Shown here piece after piece: positions 1 to 9,184 of a DNA stretch of 28,719 bases (its first letter is position 1; each line of letters starts with the position of its first letter). This DNA comes from Verrucomicrobiales bacterium. GTDB taxonomy: Bacteria > Verrucomicrobiota > Verrucomicrobiia > Verrucomicrobiales > V1-33. Below the pieces are notes generated by a model. The model had not been told where the DNA came from. It was given only the letters and a program-made list of their open reading frames with translations, and ran no database searches. A program made the position numbers and the translations under genes. The stretch is taken from positions 1 to 28,719 of the forward strand of contig JANOAV010000036.1 in the NCBI GenBank assembly GCA_031411295.1. The letters are read 5' to 3'.

Positions 1-80
1 ACGCTTAGTGCCGCTATCCTCGGTTGCTGGCTGAACGCAGAAGAATGACCAAGGGAATCGGGAGAATTGATTTGGAACAT
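1..80 (-). CDS. Possible 5' end of a gene running off the left edge (MFQINSPDSLGHSSAFSQQPRIAALS...)
   Basis: ATG at 80-78 on the minus strand with an open frame to the window edge, preceded by an AT-rich intergenic region. Too short to identify. Confidence 0.3.
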   Translation of the reverse strand, partial: MFQINSPDSLGHSSAFSQQPRIAALS

Positions 81-102
81 AAGCCAGTTAGGTGAAGTGA
101 AT

Positions 103-133
103 TTTTGAATTACTACGTCGTAGGAATACAAAA
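103..133. promoter_or_regulatory. Imperfect palindrome, candidate operator
   Basis: TTTTGAATTACTACG-T-CGTAGGAATACAAAA: 15-bp arms with 2 mismatches, just upstream of the putative start at 80. Confidence 0.35.
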
Positions 134-317
134 TTTGCAGAATTGTTCAATGAAATTCGCCTCTCACTAGCACTTCATTTCGACTTTCCAGTTGTAAGTG
201 GTTAAGGTTAAGCGGACCTCGTCATGGAATTATTTTCGAGCACGACTTTTAGGCAACACTTGGAATCCTAGCTAGGATGGTGGGTTGCGGACCGAAATCC
301 ATGACTACCTTGATTGC

Positions 318-350
318 AAAAAAGGCCGGAACCTTGCGGTTCCGGCCTTT
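318..350 (-). terminator. Rho-independent terminator of typA
   Basis: Minus strand reads AAAGGCCGGAACC-GCAA-GGTTCCGGCCTTTTTT: perfect stem, GNRA loop and U-tract, about 50 bp after the typA stop. Confidence 0.9.
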
Positions 351-399
351 GAAGTGATTTGCTAGTTGGGGAGCAAGCTGCTCCCTCTCCTTGATCGAA

Positions 400-2220
400 T
401 TAGGCGTTTTCCAGCTTCTTGCTTTCGCGACGGCGGGCTCCGCTGTCGAGGATACGTTTGCGCAGCCGGATGTTTTCCGGGGTGGCTTCCACGAGTTCAT
501 CGGGGGCGATGTATTCGATGGCGCGTTCCAGGGTGAAACGAATCGGCGGCGTGAGTTGGATACCTTTGTCGGCCCCGGCGGAACGGAAGTTGGTGAGTTG
601 CTTGCCTTTGCAAGGATTCATCGGGAGATCTTCCGCACGCGGATTTTCGCCAATGATCTGACCTTCATAGACTTGGTCCTGGGCACCTATGAACAGCTTG
701 CCGCGAGCTTGGATCATGTCCAGGCTGTAGGCCGTGGCTTCACCCGTTTCCATGCTGACCAGCGTGCCGCTGAGGCGCGTTGGGATCGGACCCGCCCAGT
801 CGTCATACTTGAGGAACAAGTGGCTGAGCACGCCGTGACCGCTCGTTTGGTTCATGAGGTCGAATTCGAAACCAATCAAGCCACGAGTAGTGATCGTAGC
901 TTCGATGAAGGTGGAGTGCGGATGCACCGCCATGCTGGTAACCAAGCCTTTGCGCTCGGCAATGGTTTTCATCACGGAACCAACATATTCCTCGGGAACT
1001 TCGACGTAGAGCGTTTCGTATGGCTCCTGAGTCCTGCCTTCGCCCTTCTTGAGAATAACGGATGGTCGGCTCACGAGAATTTCGAAACCTTCCCGACGCA
1101 TTTGCTCCACGAGCACTGCAATCTGCATGGCTCCGCGAGCGGAAACGTTGAACGTGCCTGCGAGGTCGGTGTCTTCGAAGAAAATGGAAATGTTGGACTT
1201 CACTTCCTTCACGAGACGGTCGCGCACTTGGCGGGTGGTCACGAACTTGCCTTCTTTGCCGGCAAACGGGCTGTCGTTGACGGAGAATTGCATGACGACC
1301 GTGGGAGGATCGATGTCCACGAATGGCAGCGGCGTGTCGTCTTCTTGGGCGCTCAGCGTTTCACCGATATCGATGTCTTCAAAGCCTGCGAGACCAACGA
1401 TATTTCCAGCCACAGCGTTGGCGGACTCGGTGGTGGAGAGGCCAGTGTATTCGAACACGCGGGAAATTTTTGTTTTCACCTTGGTGCCATCCTTGCGGAA
1501 CACGTAAACTTGGTCGCCCTTGGAAACACTGCCACCAAGGATCTTGCCCATGGCGATCCGGCCCACGTAGTCGTCCCAACCAATGTTGGAAACGAGCATT
1601 TTGAAGGGAGCGGAAGGATCCGCCATTGGAGCAGGCGTGTGGTCCCAGACGGCTTGCAGCAGCGGAATCATATCCACGTTGGCATCTTCCAGATTGTTCT
1701 TGAAATAGCCATCACGCGCGCTGCCGTAGAGGAACGGAGCGTTAAATTGTTCGTCGGTGGCATCCAATTCCAACAGGAGTTCCAGCACCTTTTCCTTGGC
1801 AGCAGCAGGGTTGCCGTTGGCCCGGTCAATTTTGTTGATGCAGACCATCAAGTGCAGACCGTGTTGCAACGCTTTGCGCAGCACGAAACGGGTCTGGGCC
1901 TGCGGGCCGTCGTAGGCGTCCACCACGAGGAGCACACCGTCCACCATTTTCATAACGCGCTCCACTTCGCCACCGAAGTCGGCGTGGCCAGGGGTATCAA
2001 CGATATTAATAATGCGGTCGCCCCAGAGGACGGAAGTATTCTTGGCCTTGATGGTAATGCCCTTTTCCCGTTCCAGATCCATGCTGTCCATGGCACGTTC
2101 GGCCACGACTTGGTTGTCACGAAAGGCTCCGCCGCCGCGCAGCATTTTGTCCACGAGGGTAGTTTTCCCATGATCAACGTGGGCGATGATGGCAATGTTA
2201 CGAATGTTTTTATTTTGCAT
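400..2220 (-). CDS. typA: Translational GTPase TypA/BipA
   Basis: [44 protein letters not shown], and C-terminal [15 protein letters not shown]; 606 aa. Confidence 0.98.
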   Translation of the reverse strand: MQNKNIRNIAIIAHVDHGKTTLVDKMLRGGGAFRDNQVVAERAMDSMDLEREKGITIKAKNTSVLWGDRIINIVDTPGHADFGGEVERVMKMVDGVLLVVDAYDGPQAQTRFVLRKALQHGLHLMVCINKIDRANGNPAAAKEKVLELLLELDATDEQFNAPFLYGSARDGYFKNNLEDANVDMIPLLQAVWDHTPAPMADPSAPFKMLVSNIGWDDYVGRIAMGKILGGSVSKGDQVYVFRKDGTKVKTKISRVFEYTGLSTTESANAVAGNIVGLAGFEDIDIGETLSAQEDDTPLPFVDIDPPTVVMQFSVNDSPFAGKEGKFVTTRQVRDRLVKEVKSNISIFFEDTDLAGTFNVSARGAMQIAVLVEQMRREGFEILVSRPSVILKKGEGRTQEPYETLYVEVPEEYVGSVMKTIAERKGLVTSMAVHPHSTFIEATITTRGLIGFEFDLMNQTSGHGVLSHLFLKYDDWAGPIPTRLSGTLVSMETGEATAYSLDMIQARGKLFIGAQDQVYEGQIIGENPRAEDLPMNPCKGKQLTNFRSAGADKGIQLTPPIRFTLERAIEYIAPDELVEATPENIRLRKRILDSGARRRESKKLENA

Positions 2221-2601
2221 GGATTGGGAGGGTTAAAGGAGGGGAAAGGAGTTTGTGCAGATAGTATGTTCGGCTTTCAGAGGTCGTATTCAGTAGGGCA
2301 AGCCCATCTGAATCTTCAGTCTGAAACCTAGAATCTGACGCGAGGATCAGAGCTGACCCGGGCTGAATTTAAGCTGCGCAGAATACAAAGGCACGAGCAG
2401 TTCTGCGAACGAGACCGGAATCGGAGGGCGGCACTCATGCCACACTTCTTTTCCAGCGCAAGCGGAGTAATCATACATTCTTTCCGGTAAATTTCAGGGA
2501 AAATTTTCCCCAAGCTTACGCGGACACGAAAGCCCACCCTCTGCGCCACCAAATTTAGCGAGACCAAACCGCCGCCGAATCTGGTGAGAAATGCGGGCTA
2601 G

Positions 2602-2844
2602 CTACACCATCGGTTCCCAATCGGGATCTGCGGCCAGGGCCACCCCATGAACCCGCTCTGACAACGCTGCTTTCATCTCCGGGAGGCGCGCAAATTCCTC
2701 AACTACCTGAGCCGGCTCACGTAGATCAATGTTCAATTTGATAACGCGGCGGACGGAATCGCTAGTGGTAGGAGTGGTTGGGTGATCCATGTCGGCCAAT
2801 ATATTTCCAACTTCCAAATCATCAATAGAAATTAATGATTTCAA
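2602..2844 (-). CDS. Small hypothetical protein (80 aa; start uncertain, alternative ATG at 2790)
   Basis: Fills an otherwise empty gap and has protein-like composition. No recognisable motif. Confidence 0.4.
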   Translation of the reverse strand: MKSLISIDDLEVGNILADMDHPTTPTTSDSVRRVIKLNIDLREPAQVVEEFARLPEMKAALSERVHGVALAADPDWEPMV

Positions 2845-3023
2845 GTAAAAACCCCTTTCAACTCCATGTCACCACGCAATCCACTTTCCCCAGACTCGAC
2901 CTCAACCAAACCTCTCCTGAGAAAAAGATTCAACGTTTCCGCATGGTTGCGGGTCAAAGTTCCCCGTGGAGTCGGCTTGTGCTTGACGAAACGAGCACTT
3001 CCGTCCCTAAATTCGATCTCCGC

Positions 3024-3476
3024 ATGACTATTCGCACACTCTTCCTTTTCTCCGCCCTCGCATTTGGCCTGTCCAGTTGCGAAATGTTCAAGATGGCAGG
3101 TCCTTTCAAGCCTTACACCACCAAGGCTGTGATCCCCCAGGATTTCCTCTTAACCCACTACCAGCCACTGAACGATTGGCTGGACGTCCCCGTTCATGTG
3201 CAGATTTTGGATGTGCCCCTACTGGACACTTTCAAGCAACCAGCCTTGGCTGGATTGAATTACAGACTGGCGAAAGCTCCAAAGGAAAATCCGCGGATCA
3301 CCATGACCCACTTGGCCATGACGCGGAGACAATTGCTTTACTCGCTGAGTCAGGAATATCAGCTATCCATGACCCCCATCTTTGCCAACGATGGCAGCAT
3401 GAGCTACATCGACATTCGCTCCCGTAAGGAAGAAAGCGCCACGCAAGCCCCGGCACGCGCCCTTCCCAAGCATTGA
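3024..3476 (+). CDS. Hypothetical lipoprotein
   Basis: Start reassigned to the ATG at 3024. MTIRTLFLFSALAFGLSS-C is a signal peptide with a lipobox. Confidence 0.8.
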   Translation: MTIRTLFLFSALAFGLSSCEMFKMAGPFKPYTTKAVIPQDFLLTHYQPLNDWLDVPVHVQILDVPLLDTFKQPALAGLNYRLAKAPKENPRITMTHLAMTRRQLLYSLSQEYQLSMTPIFANDGSMSYIDIRSRKEESATQAPARALPKH

Positions 3477-3479
3477 TGG

Positions 3480-4082
3480 TTACGTCAGCGACTTGATTCG
3501 AGTCCCGTTAAACATCGCCCACGCGAGCCCCACGCCGCCGAGGAATCCGAAGAAATGCCCGCTCCAAGAGACGTGCGCCTTCACGGTCACCAGTTGGAAT
3601 AGCATGCCCAGATAAAGGAACCCCACGACCAACGCCACGATGATGGAGCCAAGGTTCCGTTGATACCATCCGCGTCCCACGAGGAAGCCAAAGTAGCCAA
3701 AGATCACTCCGCTCAAGCCAATGTGCACACTGCCGGGAGCACCCAGGAACCAAGTGCCAAACCCTCCGCAGAGCACCACCCAAATGCTGACCTGCAGAAA
3801 TTGCCGCATCCCACCCAGCAGCACGAACCATCCTAACACGACAAAGGGGATGCTATTTTCCGACAAATGTTCGAATCCTCCATGCAGAAAGGGCGCGACT
3901 AAGATTCCCGTTAAGCCGCGCAGACTCCGCGGCACAATCCCCCATTGATCCAACGGATGATTTCCCGGGAGGAACGCATCCACAATCTCGATGGCAAAAA
4001 GCAGCACCAGGATCCCCACCAGCAGAGCCACTTGGGATTTGAATTGTTCACCGATACTCTTGACGGGAGGGGTCGTTGCCAT
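3480..4082 (-). CDS. Rhomboid family intramembrane serine protease
   Basis: APFLHGGFEHLSENS, catalytic GLSG and HFFGFLGG motifs, multiple TM segments. Start reassigned to MATTPP at 4082. Confidence 0.93.
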   Translation of the reverse strand: MATTPPVKSIGEQFKSQVALLVGILVLLFAIEIVDAFLPGNHPLDQWGIVPRSLRGLTGILVAPFLHGGFEHLSENSIPFVVLGWFVLLGGMRQFLQVSIWVVLCGGFGTWFLGAPGSVHIGLSGVIFGYFGFLVGRGWYQRNLGSIIVALVVGFLYLGMLFQLVTVKAHVSWSGHFFGFLGGVGLAWAMFNGTRIKSLT

Positions 4083-4254
4083 AATGCGGGATTCGTAGCG
4101 GAAAATCTCCTGGCTGACAAGCGCCTCATGATCACGCGTTTTGCCCTCCACGCAGAGCGCGCATGCTGCAAGCTTCTGGCGCTGACGGCAGGTCGATGCC
4201 GGACGTGTAGAAAGTTTACCGTTGCTTGATGTCATTTGCGAGATTATCCCAGAC

Positions 4255-4282
4255 TTGACGCGGGGAAGATTAAAATTAACTT
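4255..4282 (+). promoter_or_regulatory. Candidate sigma70 promoter for accB-accC
   Basis: TTGACG-16 nt-TAACTT upstream of accB. Confidence 0.35.
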
Positions 4283-4405
4283 CAGCGTCTCTTCTCGAGC
4301 GATTTCCGTGGGCCGTGCCCTAAATTTCGCGACCGGAAGTCCTCGATTGCCAATCGTCACTCATTTGCATTCCACCAATTATCAATCATCCACCAGGAGG
4401 CTGCC

Positions 4406-4894
4406 TTGGACCTTAAAGAAATCCGTCAAATCATCGAAATGATGAAACGCCACGACCTCTCGCTCTTTCACTTGGAGCGGGACGGCATGAAGATTAAACT
4501 CAAGAAAGGGGTCGATTACGACGCCTTCCTCAGCAACTATCAAGGCGGCGGCGGCATGAGCCATGCGCCCGCGCCCGCTCCGGCCGCACCCTCCATGCTC
4601 CCGGCCAGTGCTCCCGCACCAGAGTCCAGCGAGCCGACCGGCCCATCCGCAACCGGGGGCGGCAGAATGGTGCCATCCCCGATGGTAGGCACCTTCTATC
4701 GCAGCTCGAATCCGGGCGAGGCACCGTTCGTCAAAGAAGGTGACCGCATCGAAGAAGGCCAGGTCATCTGCATCATCGAAGCCATGAAGGTCATGAATGA
4801 AATCAAAGCCGAGACTTCGGGCGTCATCGCTCGGGTGGTGGCTAATGACGGCACGCCGGTCCAATACGACCAACCTCTCTTCGAACTCAAATAA
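4406..4894 (+). CDS. accB: Acetyl-CoA carboxylase biotin carboxyl carrier protein
   Basis: MDLKEIRQII N-terminus (TTG start), Ala/Pro linker, SPMVGTFY, EAMKVMNEI biotinylation motif. Confidence 0.97.
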   Translation: MDLKEIRQIIEMMKRHDLSLFHLERDGMKIKLKKGVDYDAFLSNYQGGGGMSHAPAPAPAAPSMLPASAPAPESSEPTGPSATGGGRMVPSPMVGTFYRSSNPGEAPFVKEGDRIEEGQVICIIEAMKVMNEIKAETSGVIARVVANDGTPVQYDQPLFELK

Positions 4895-5031
4895 TTCGTC
4901 CTTCCGTGTGGCAGATTCCGGCCCGGTTCCGATCTCTGACGCACTTTCTCGTCCATTGCCCTGTCGTTTGTTGATTTCGGCCTGCCACCGACTTCAGACT
5001 TTCATCCCATCCCTGGCATCCCCTATCGTTC

Positions 5032-6402
5032 ATGTTTAAGAAGATCTTGATCGCCAACCGCGGAGAAATCGCCCTCCGCGTCATCCGTGCCTGTAAAGAG
5101 CTAGGAGTCGGCACTGTAGCCGTATATTCCAAAGCCGACGAACGCTCCATGCACGTGCAACTAGCGGATGACGCTATCTGCATTGGCGAGGGCCCCAGCA
5201 GCCAAAGCTATCTGATGATTGATCGCATCATCAGCGCAGCAGAGATCGCCAACGTGGATGCCATCCATCCCGGCTACGGCTTTTTGAGCGAGAACGCAAA
5301 ATTTGCCCGCATCTGCGAAAGCTGTAAGATCAAATTCATCGGCCCCAGTGCTGACGTCATCGAAATGATGGGCGACAAAAACCGCGCCCGTGCCACCGCC
5401 AAGAAATTCAAAATTCCGATCACTCCCGGCACCGATGGTCTCATCACCACGGAAAAAGAAGCTCAGGAATGGGCTGCCAAAATCGGTTACCCAGTCATGA
5501 TCAAGGCCTCCGCAGGCGGTGGTGGTCGGGGCATGCGCCCGGTCCATAATGAAGCCACCCTGCTCAGCGCTTTCAGCGCAGCCCGCTCCGAAGCCGAGAA
5601 ATGCTTCGGCAATGGGGAGATGTATATGGAGAAGTTGGTGGAGAATCCGCACCACATCGAATTCCAAATCTTTGGTGACTCCAAAGGAACCGTCGTTCAC
5701 TTGGGCGAGCGCGATTGCAGCCTCCAACGCCGCAACCAAAAGATCATCGAGGAATGCCCTTCGCCCTTCATCAGCGACCGCCTCCGCAAGCGCATGGGCG
5801 CTGCGGCCGTGAAGCTTTGTGAAGAAATTGGCTACGTCAACGCCGGCACCATTGAGTTCCTTGTCGATGACAAGGAGAACTTCTATTTCATGGAAATGAA
5901 CACCCGAATTCAGGTGGAGCATCCTGTGACCGAAGAAGTCTATGATTGCGACCTCATCAAAGAGCAAATCCGGGTGGCCTCAGGCGAACCCCTGTCGCCC
6001 CACGTCCGCAAGAACGAACCCCGCCGCCACTCCATCGAGTGCCGGATCAACGCGGAAGATCCTTTCAACAACTTCGCGCCCAGCCCTGGTCGTATCAAAA
6101 ATTTCTACGCTCCCGGTGGTCGTGGCGTCCGGGTGGACTCCCACATCTACAGCGGCTACCAAGTGCCGCCGTATTACGATTCCATGATCGCCAAGCTCAT
6201 CGTGACGGGAGCCACGCGCGAAATTGCCATCGCTCGGATGCAGCGCGCCCTGACCGAGTTTCTGGTCGAAGGCATCAAAACCACCATTCCCTTCCAACAA
6301 GCCATCCTGGATAACTCCGACTTCAAGAGCGGGAAATACAACATCGGCTGGGTGGAACAATTCCTGAACAAGATGCAGAAGGAATTGAAGAAGGGCGGGT
6401 GA
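5032..6402 (+). CDS. accC: Acetyl-CoA carboxylase biotin carboxylase subunit
   Basis: [47 protein letters not shown]; follows accB. Confidence 0.98.
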   Translation: MFKKILIANRGEIALRVIRACKELGVGTVAVYSKADERSMHVQLADDAICIGEGPSSQSYLMIDRIISAAEIANVDAIHPGYGFLSENAKFARICESCKIKFIGPSADVIEMMGDKNRARATAKKFKIPITPGTDGLITTEKEAQEWAAKIGYPVMIKASAGGGGRGMRPVHNEATLLSAFSAARSEAEKCFGNGEMYMEKLVENPHHIEFQIFGDSKGTVVHLGERDCSLQRRNQKIIEECPSPFISDRLRKRMGAAAVKLCEEIGYVNAGTIEFLVDDKENFYFMEMNTRIQVEHPVTEEVYDCDLIKEQIRVASGEPLSPHVRKNEPRRHSIECRINAEDPFNNFAPSPGRIKNFYAPGGRGVRVDSHIYSGYQVPPYYDSMIAKLIVTGATREIAIARMQRALTEFLVEGIKTTIPFQQAILDNSDFKSGKYNIGWVEQFLNKMQKELKKGG

Positions 6403-6423
6403 GATTGGTGGTTGGGATTTTGC

Positions 6424-6452
6424 TTGCTGGCGGGCCATCCTCGGTTTACTCT
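6424..6452 (+). promoter_or_regulatory. Candidate sigma70 promoter for the 6479-8115 operon
   Basis: TTGCTG-17 nt-TACTCT, ending 26 bp before the ATG at 6479. Confidence 0.45.
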
Positions 6453-6478
6453 CAGGATAGCATGACCGCACTTGCATT

Positions 6479-6832
6479 ATGATCAAAGTTTTAAAATACG
6501 ACTACGACTACGGCACCGGGAGCGTATCCCGTCGGAAAATTCGTGATGCCATTACTTCGATTCACAATAAGCAGCGTGCGTTCCATCAGTTCGTAAAGAT
6601 AGGAAACTTGGTTTCTGTGCATCGAATTATTTCTGACGCTCCTGGCACCAAGCGGAGAACCCAGGTCTTCACAGGAATAGTCACTGGTGTTGGGGGCACG
6701 GGAGAGTCGCCCGCATTTATCGTTAGTAAAGCAACCACCTCGGGATCCATCGAACGGCAATTTGTCCTCAAGGACCATACCTTGTTAAAAATCGAAGCGA
6801 AACCAGCTCTGAGAGGAATGAACAGTCGCTAA
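6479..6832 (+). CDS. Divergent ribosomal protein bL19-like protein (paralogue lacking the C-terminal basic tail)
   Basis: KIGNLVSVH..KRRTQVFTGIV..GGTG..AFIVSK..GSIERQF..LLKIE aligns by eye, colinearly, with the L19 core (GDTVxV..KxRxQxFEGxVI..G..FTVRK..GVERxF..IxxIE). There is no RRAKLYYLR segment. Confidence 0.75.
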   Translation: MIKVLKYDYDYGTGSVSRRKIRDAITSIHNKQRAFHQFVKIGNLVSVHRIISDAPGTKRRTQVFTGIVTGVGGTGESPAFIVSKATTSGSIERQFVLKDHTLLKIEAKPALRGMNSR

Positions 6833-6862
6833 CCTTCGTGGAATTCCCTCCGGCAACGAACC

Positions 6863-7507
6863 ATGAAGCGCTCAACGGCCTATGCCCGCCAGGTTTTTCT
6901 GAACTGCCCTTTCGATCAAGAATATCGTCCAATCTACGAAGCCATCATTTTCACCATTCTAGCTGCCGGGTTTGCCGTCCGTTGCGCCCGGGAACGGGAT
7001 GATTCTGGCGAGACGCGCATCAGCAAAATCACCGAAATAATTCGGCATTCAAAGTTTGGGATTCATGACATTTCCAGAGTCGAGTTGGACGAGACCAATG
7101 CCCTGCCGCGTTTCAACATGCCGCTAAAATTGGGGTTATTCCTCGGGGCCAAGTTCTACTCAGACACCGAGAAGCAAAAGGACAAGCGCTGCCTTATCCT
7201 CGATTCCGAACCATTTCGCTATCAGAAATTCGTTTCTGACCTAGCAGGTCAAGACATTCGATCCCACACTGGACTTCCCGCCAATGCCATGGGTGAAGTG
7301 CGCAACTGGCTTGCCTTCGTCAGCCATCGACCTCTGCCAGGACAAGCAGAATTGGTTCGCCTTTACAGCGAGTTTCGGATGGAACTTCCAGAGATGCTGC
7401 TCAGCATCCATCTCGCGGAAGCAGAAATGCAGTTTGTGGATTACGTTAACATTTGCACTGAATGGTTATACAAAAAGCAATCTAACGCGTCTGGACCGCC
7501 TGCATGA
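6863..7507 (+). CDS. TIR-like / nucleoside-deoxyribosyltransferase-fold protein, putative catalytic Glu replaced by Lys
   Basis: VFLNCPFD beta1, RISKITEII, GIHDISR, PRFNMPL(K)LGLFLG, LILD, SDLAGQDI match the layout of TIR/NDT Rossmann-like proteins carrying an NxxxELG motif. Confidence 0.7.
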   Translation: MKRSTAYARQVFLNCPFDQEYRPIYEAIIFTILAAGFAVRCARERDDSGETRISKITEIIRHSKFGIHDISRVELDETNALPRFNMPLKLGLFLGAKFYSDTEKQKDKRCLILDSEPFRYQKFVSDLAGQDIRSHTGLPANAMGEVRNWLAFVSHRPLPGQAELVRLYSEFRMELPEMLLSIHLAEAEMQFVDYVNICTEWLYKKQSNASGPPA

Positions 7508-8115
7508 ACCTCCCTATCTCTTGGATCATCACCTTCGTTGCCCTGACCCAAGTGGGATTCGGTTGGGCTCCAACGGCGGATCGTTTCACGTGGGCCATGG
7601 AAAATATGCCCGTGTGGATCGGTGGGATCATCATCGGGTTGACTTGGAAGAAATTCCCCCTCTCCAGGTTGTGTCTGGTGCTATTAGCGCTGCATGCCTT
7701 GGTGCTGGCCCTGGGCGGGCACTACACCTACGAGAAGGTGCCGTTAGGCAATTGGGTGCGCGATGCCCTGCATCTGGCCAGAAACCATTATGATCGCTTC
7801 GGTCACTTCATGCAGGGGCTCGTGCCCGCCATTTTGATTCGGGAAATTTTGCTCCGCAAGCTGCGCCTCACCAACGGGCCCGCTGCGGTGCTTGCGGTCT
7901 CCTGCTGTCTGGCCTTTAGCGCCTTCTATGAATTGATCGAGTGGTGGACTGCCATCCTGAAAGGAGAAGGCGCAGACGCTTTCCTCGGGACCCAAGGCGA
8001 CATCTGGGATACTCAATGGGACATGTTCCTTGCCTTGGTCGGAGCCACGGTGGCGGTGATTTTCTTGGCGAAATTTCACGATCGATCGATCTCCAAGTTG
8101 GAGCCGATTTTGTAG
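7504..8115 (+). CDS. DUF2238 (YjdF-like) inner membrane protein
   Basis: GGHYTYEKVPLG, RNHYDRFGHFMQG, SAFYELIEW, FLGTQGDIWDTQWDM. ATGA overlap with the upstream gene. Confidence 0.9.
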   Translation: MNLPISWIITFVALTQVGFGWAPTADRFTWAMENMPVWIGGIIIGLTWKKFPLSRLCLVLLALHALVLALGGHYTYEKVPLGNWVRDALHLARNHYDRFGHFMQGLVPAILIREILLRKLRLTNGPAAVLAVSCCLAFSAFYELIEWWTAILKGEGADAFLGTQGDIWDTQWDMFLALVGATVAVIFLAKFHDRSISKLEPIL

Positions 8116-8133
8116 CGTTCGTTCCCCCGCACG

Positions 8134-8574
8134 CTACGGCAACTGCACCCGCTGCAACTCCATCGTCCCGTGATCAAGCTTCGAGCGATACACGGCCTTG
8201 ATCCGGTCTGCCGTGATTTGGGCTTCATGAGTAAAGGTCCCGCCCATGGACGCCCCCAGATCTTTGGATCCGCTCACCGTCCAGGACGCTGGACGGGTCT
8301 TGCTCGCAGGGCAAACCAAGCTGAATTCCCCGCTTAGAAACTTCGCCCACGTGGCCTGATAATGGAAACGGTAACCCGCAGGAGCGGCGGAAACAATGCA
8401 GCGTAATTTGCCAGTATGGCCATTCGCGGCACTAATCCACGTGCCTTCCCAACATCCCTTTGGAGGCGCCGCACTGGCGTGCAGTGTAGCCTCCCAATCC
8501 CGTTTATAACTCGGGCTGGCGCAGGAAACCAAGCCCACGGTGGCGATCACGCTAAGACGGGAAATTCGGTTCAT
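8134..8574 (-). CDS. Hypothetical lipoprotein (beta-rich)
   Basis: MNRISRLSVIATVGLVS-C lipobox; WEGTWxS..GHTGKLRC core. Confidence 0.8.
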   Translation of the reverse strand: MNRISRLSVIATVGLVSCASPSYKRDWEATLHASAAPPKGCWEGTWISAANGHTGKLRCIVSAAPAGYRFHYQATWAKFLSGEFSLVCPASKTRPASWTVSGSKDLGASMGGTFTHEAQITADRIKAVYRSKLDHGTMELQRVQLP

Positions 8575-8619
8575 GATTCCTTGCATCCGGCAGATCTTCC
8601 TGAATTAGCCGGGCGCGGT

Positions 8620-9114
8620 TTACTGCGAAAACTGCGTTTTCGGCATGTGGTCAAAATCGCCCTTCTCACAGGCATGCACAAAGCCTTCGGTCGATGTCTT
8701 CAGTTGGTCCCACTCATTGCGAATGCGACGGGCCTCCTGGGGAGAAATGACATGATCGATGGCCGCCTTCGTGATGGCCTCCAAGAGATCAGCAAATTGC
8801 TGCACAATCTGATTCATGGCTGGCATGACCGTGCCTCCTTTGGCGGCACCGCGGAAATTGTGCTGCGGATTGTGCACATAGAATCCATCCGCCTGCTGAC
8901 AGAGCCATTGGATGATGGCGGGGTCTTTCGTGAGCCGCATCAACTCTGCACAGCGATCCAGCGGATTCAAGCTTCCGCTGCCCTGTTCGTTTTGGGGCTG
9001 GGCCCATTTATAAACCATTGAGAGCGACAACCCCATTTCGGCCGCCACCTCTTTGGGGCTGACCTTTTCGAGGGCATCGCGCAACACTTCGTGAGATTCC
9101 ACTGTGGCTGACAT
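8620..9114 (-). CDS. Phage regulatory CII (CP76)-like HTH protein
   Basis: N-terminal HTH KEVAAEMGLSLSMVYKWA, then NPLDR..IIQWLCQQADG, then a helical C-terminus with DHVISPQEARRIR. Start is the ATG at 9114 or the GTG at 9102. Confidence 0.7.
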   Translation of the reverse strand: MSATVESHEVLRDALEKVSPKEVAAEMGLSLSMVYKWAQPQNEQGSGSLNPLDRCAELMRLTKDPAIIQWLCQQADGFYVHNPQHNFRGAAKGGTVMPAMNQIVQQFADLLEAITKAAIDHVISPQEARRIRNEWDQLKTSTEGFVHACEKGDFDHMPKTQFSQ

Positions 9115-9184
9115 ATAGATGTGAGGTTTCACTGGTTCTGGCAAAGTGCAAATGCAAAGGTGAAGCCGAAATGAGTCGCCAGCT

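Noticed and set aside
391..2331. 646-aa plus-strand ORF
   Set aside because: Antisense shadow of typA. It spans almost the same interval and has no recognisable motifs.
5161..6486. Minus-strand ORFs of 268 and 168 aa
   Set aside because: Antisense shadows of accC.
6479..6832. Assigning the symbol rplS
   Set aside because: Too divergent, missing the conserved C-terminal motif and outside ribosomal gene context. Reported as a paralogue instead.
8620..9114. Prophage call based on the CII-like gene
   Set aside because: No integrase, att sites or other phage genes nearby.
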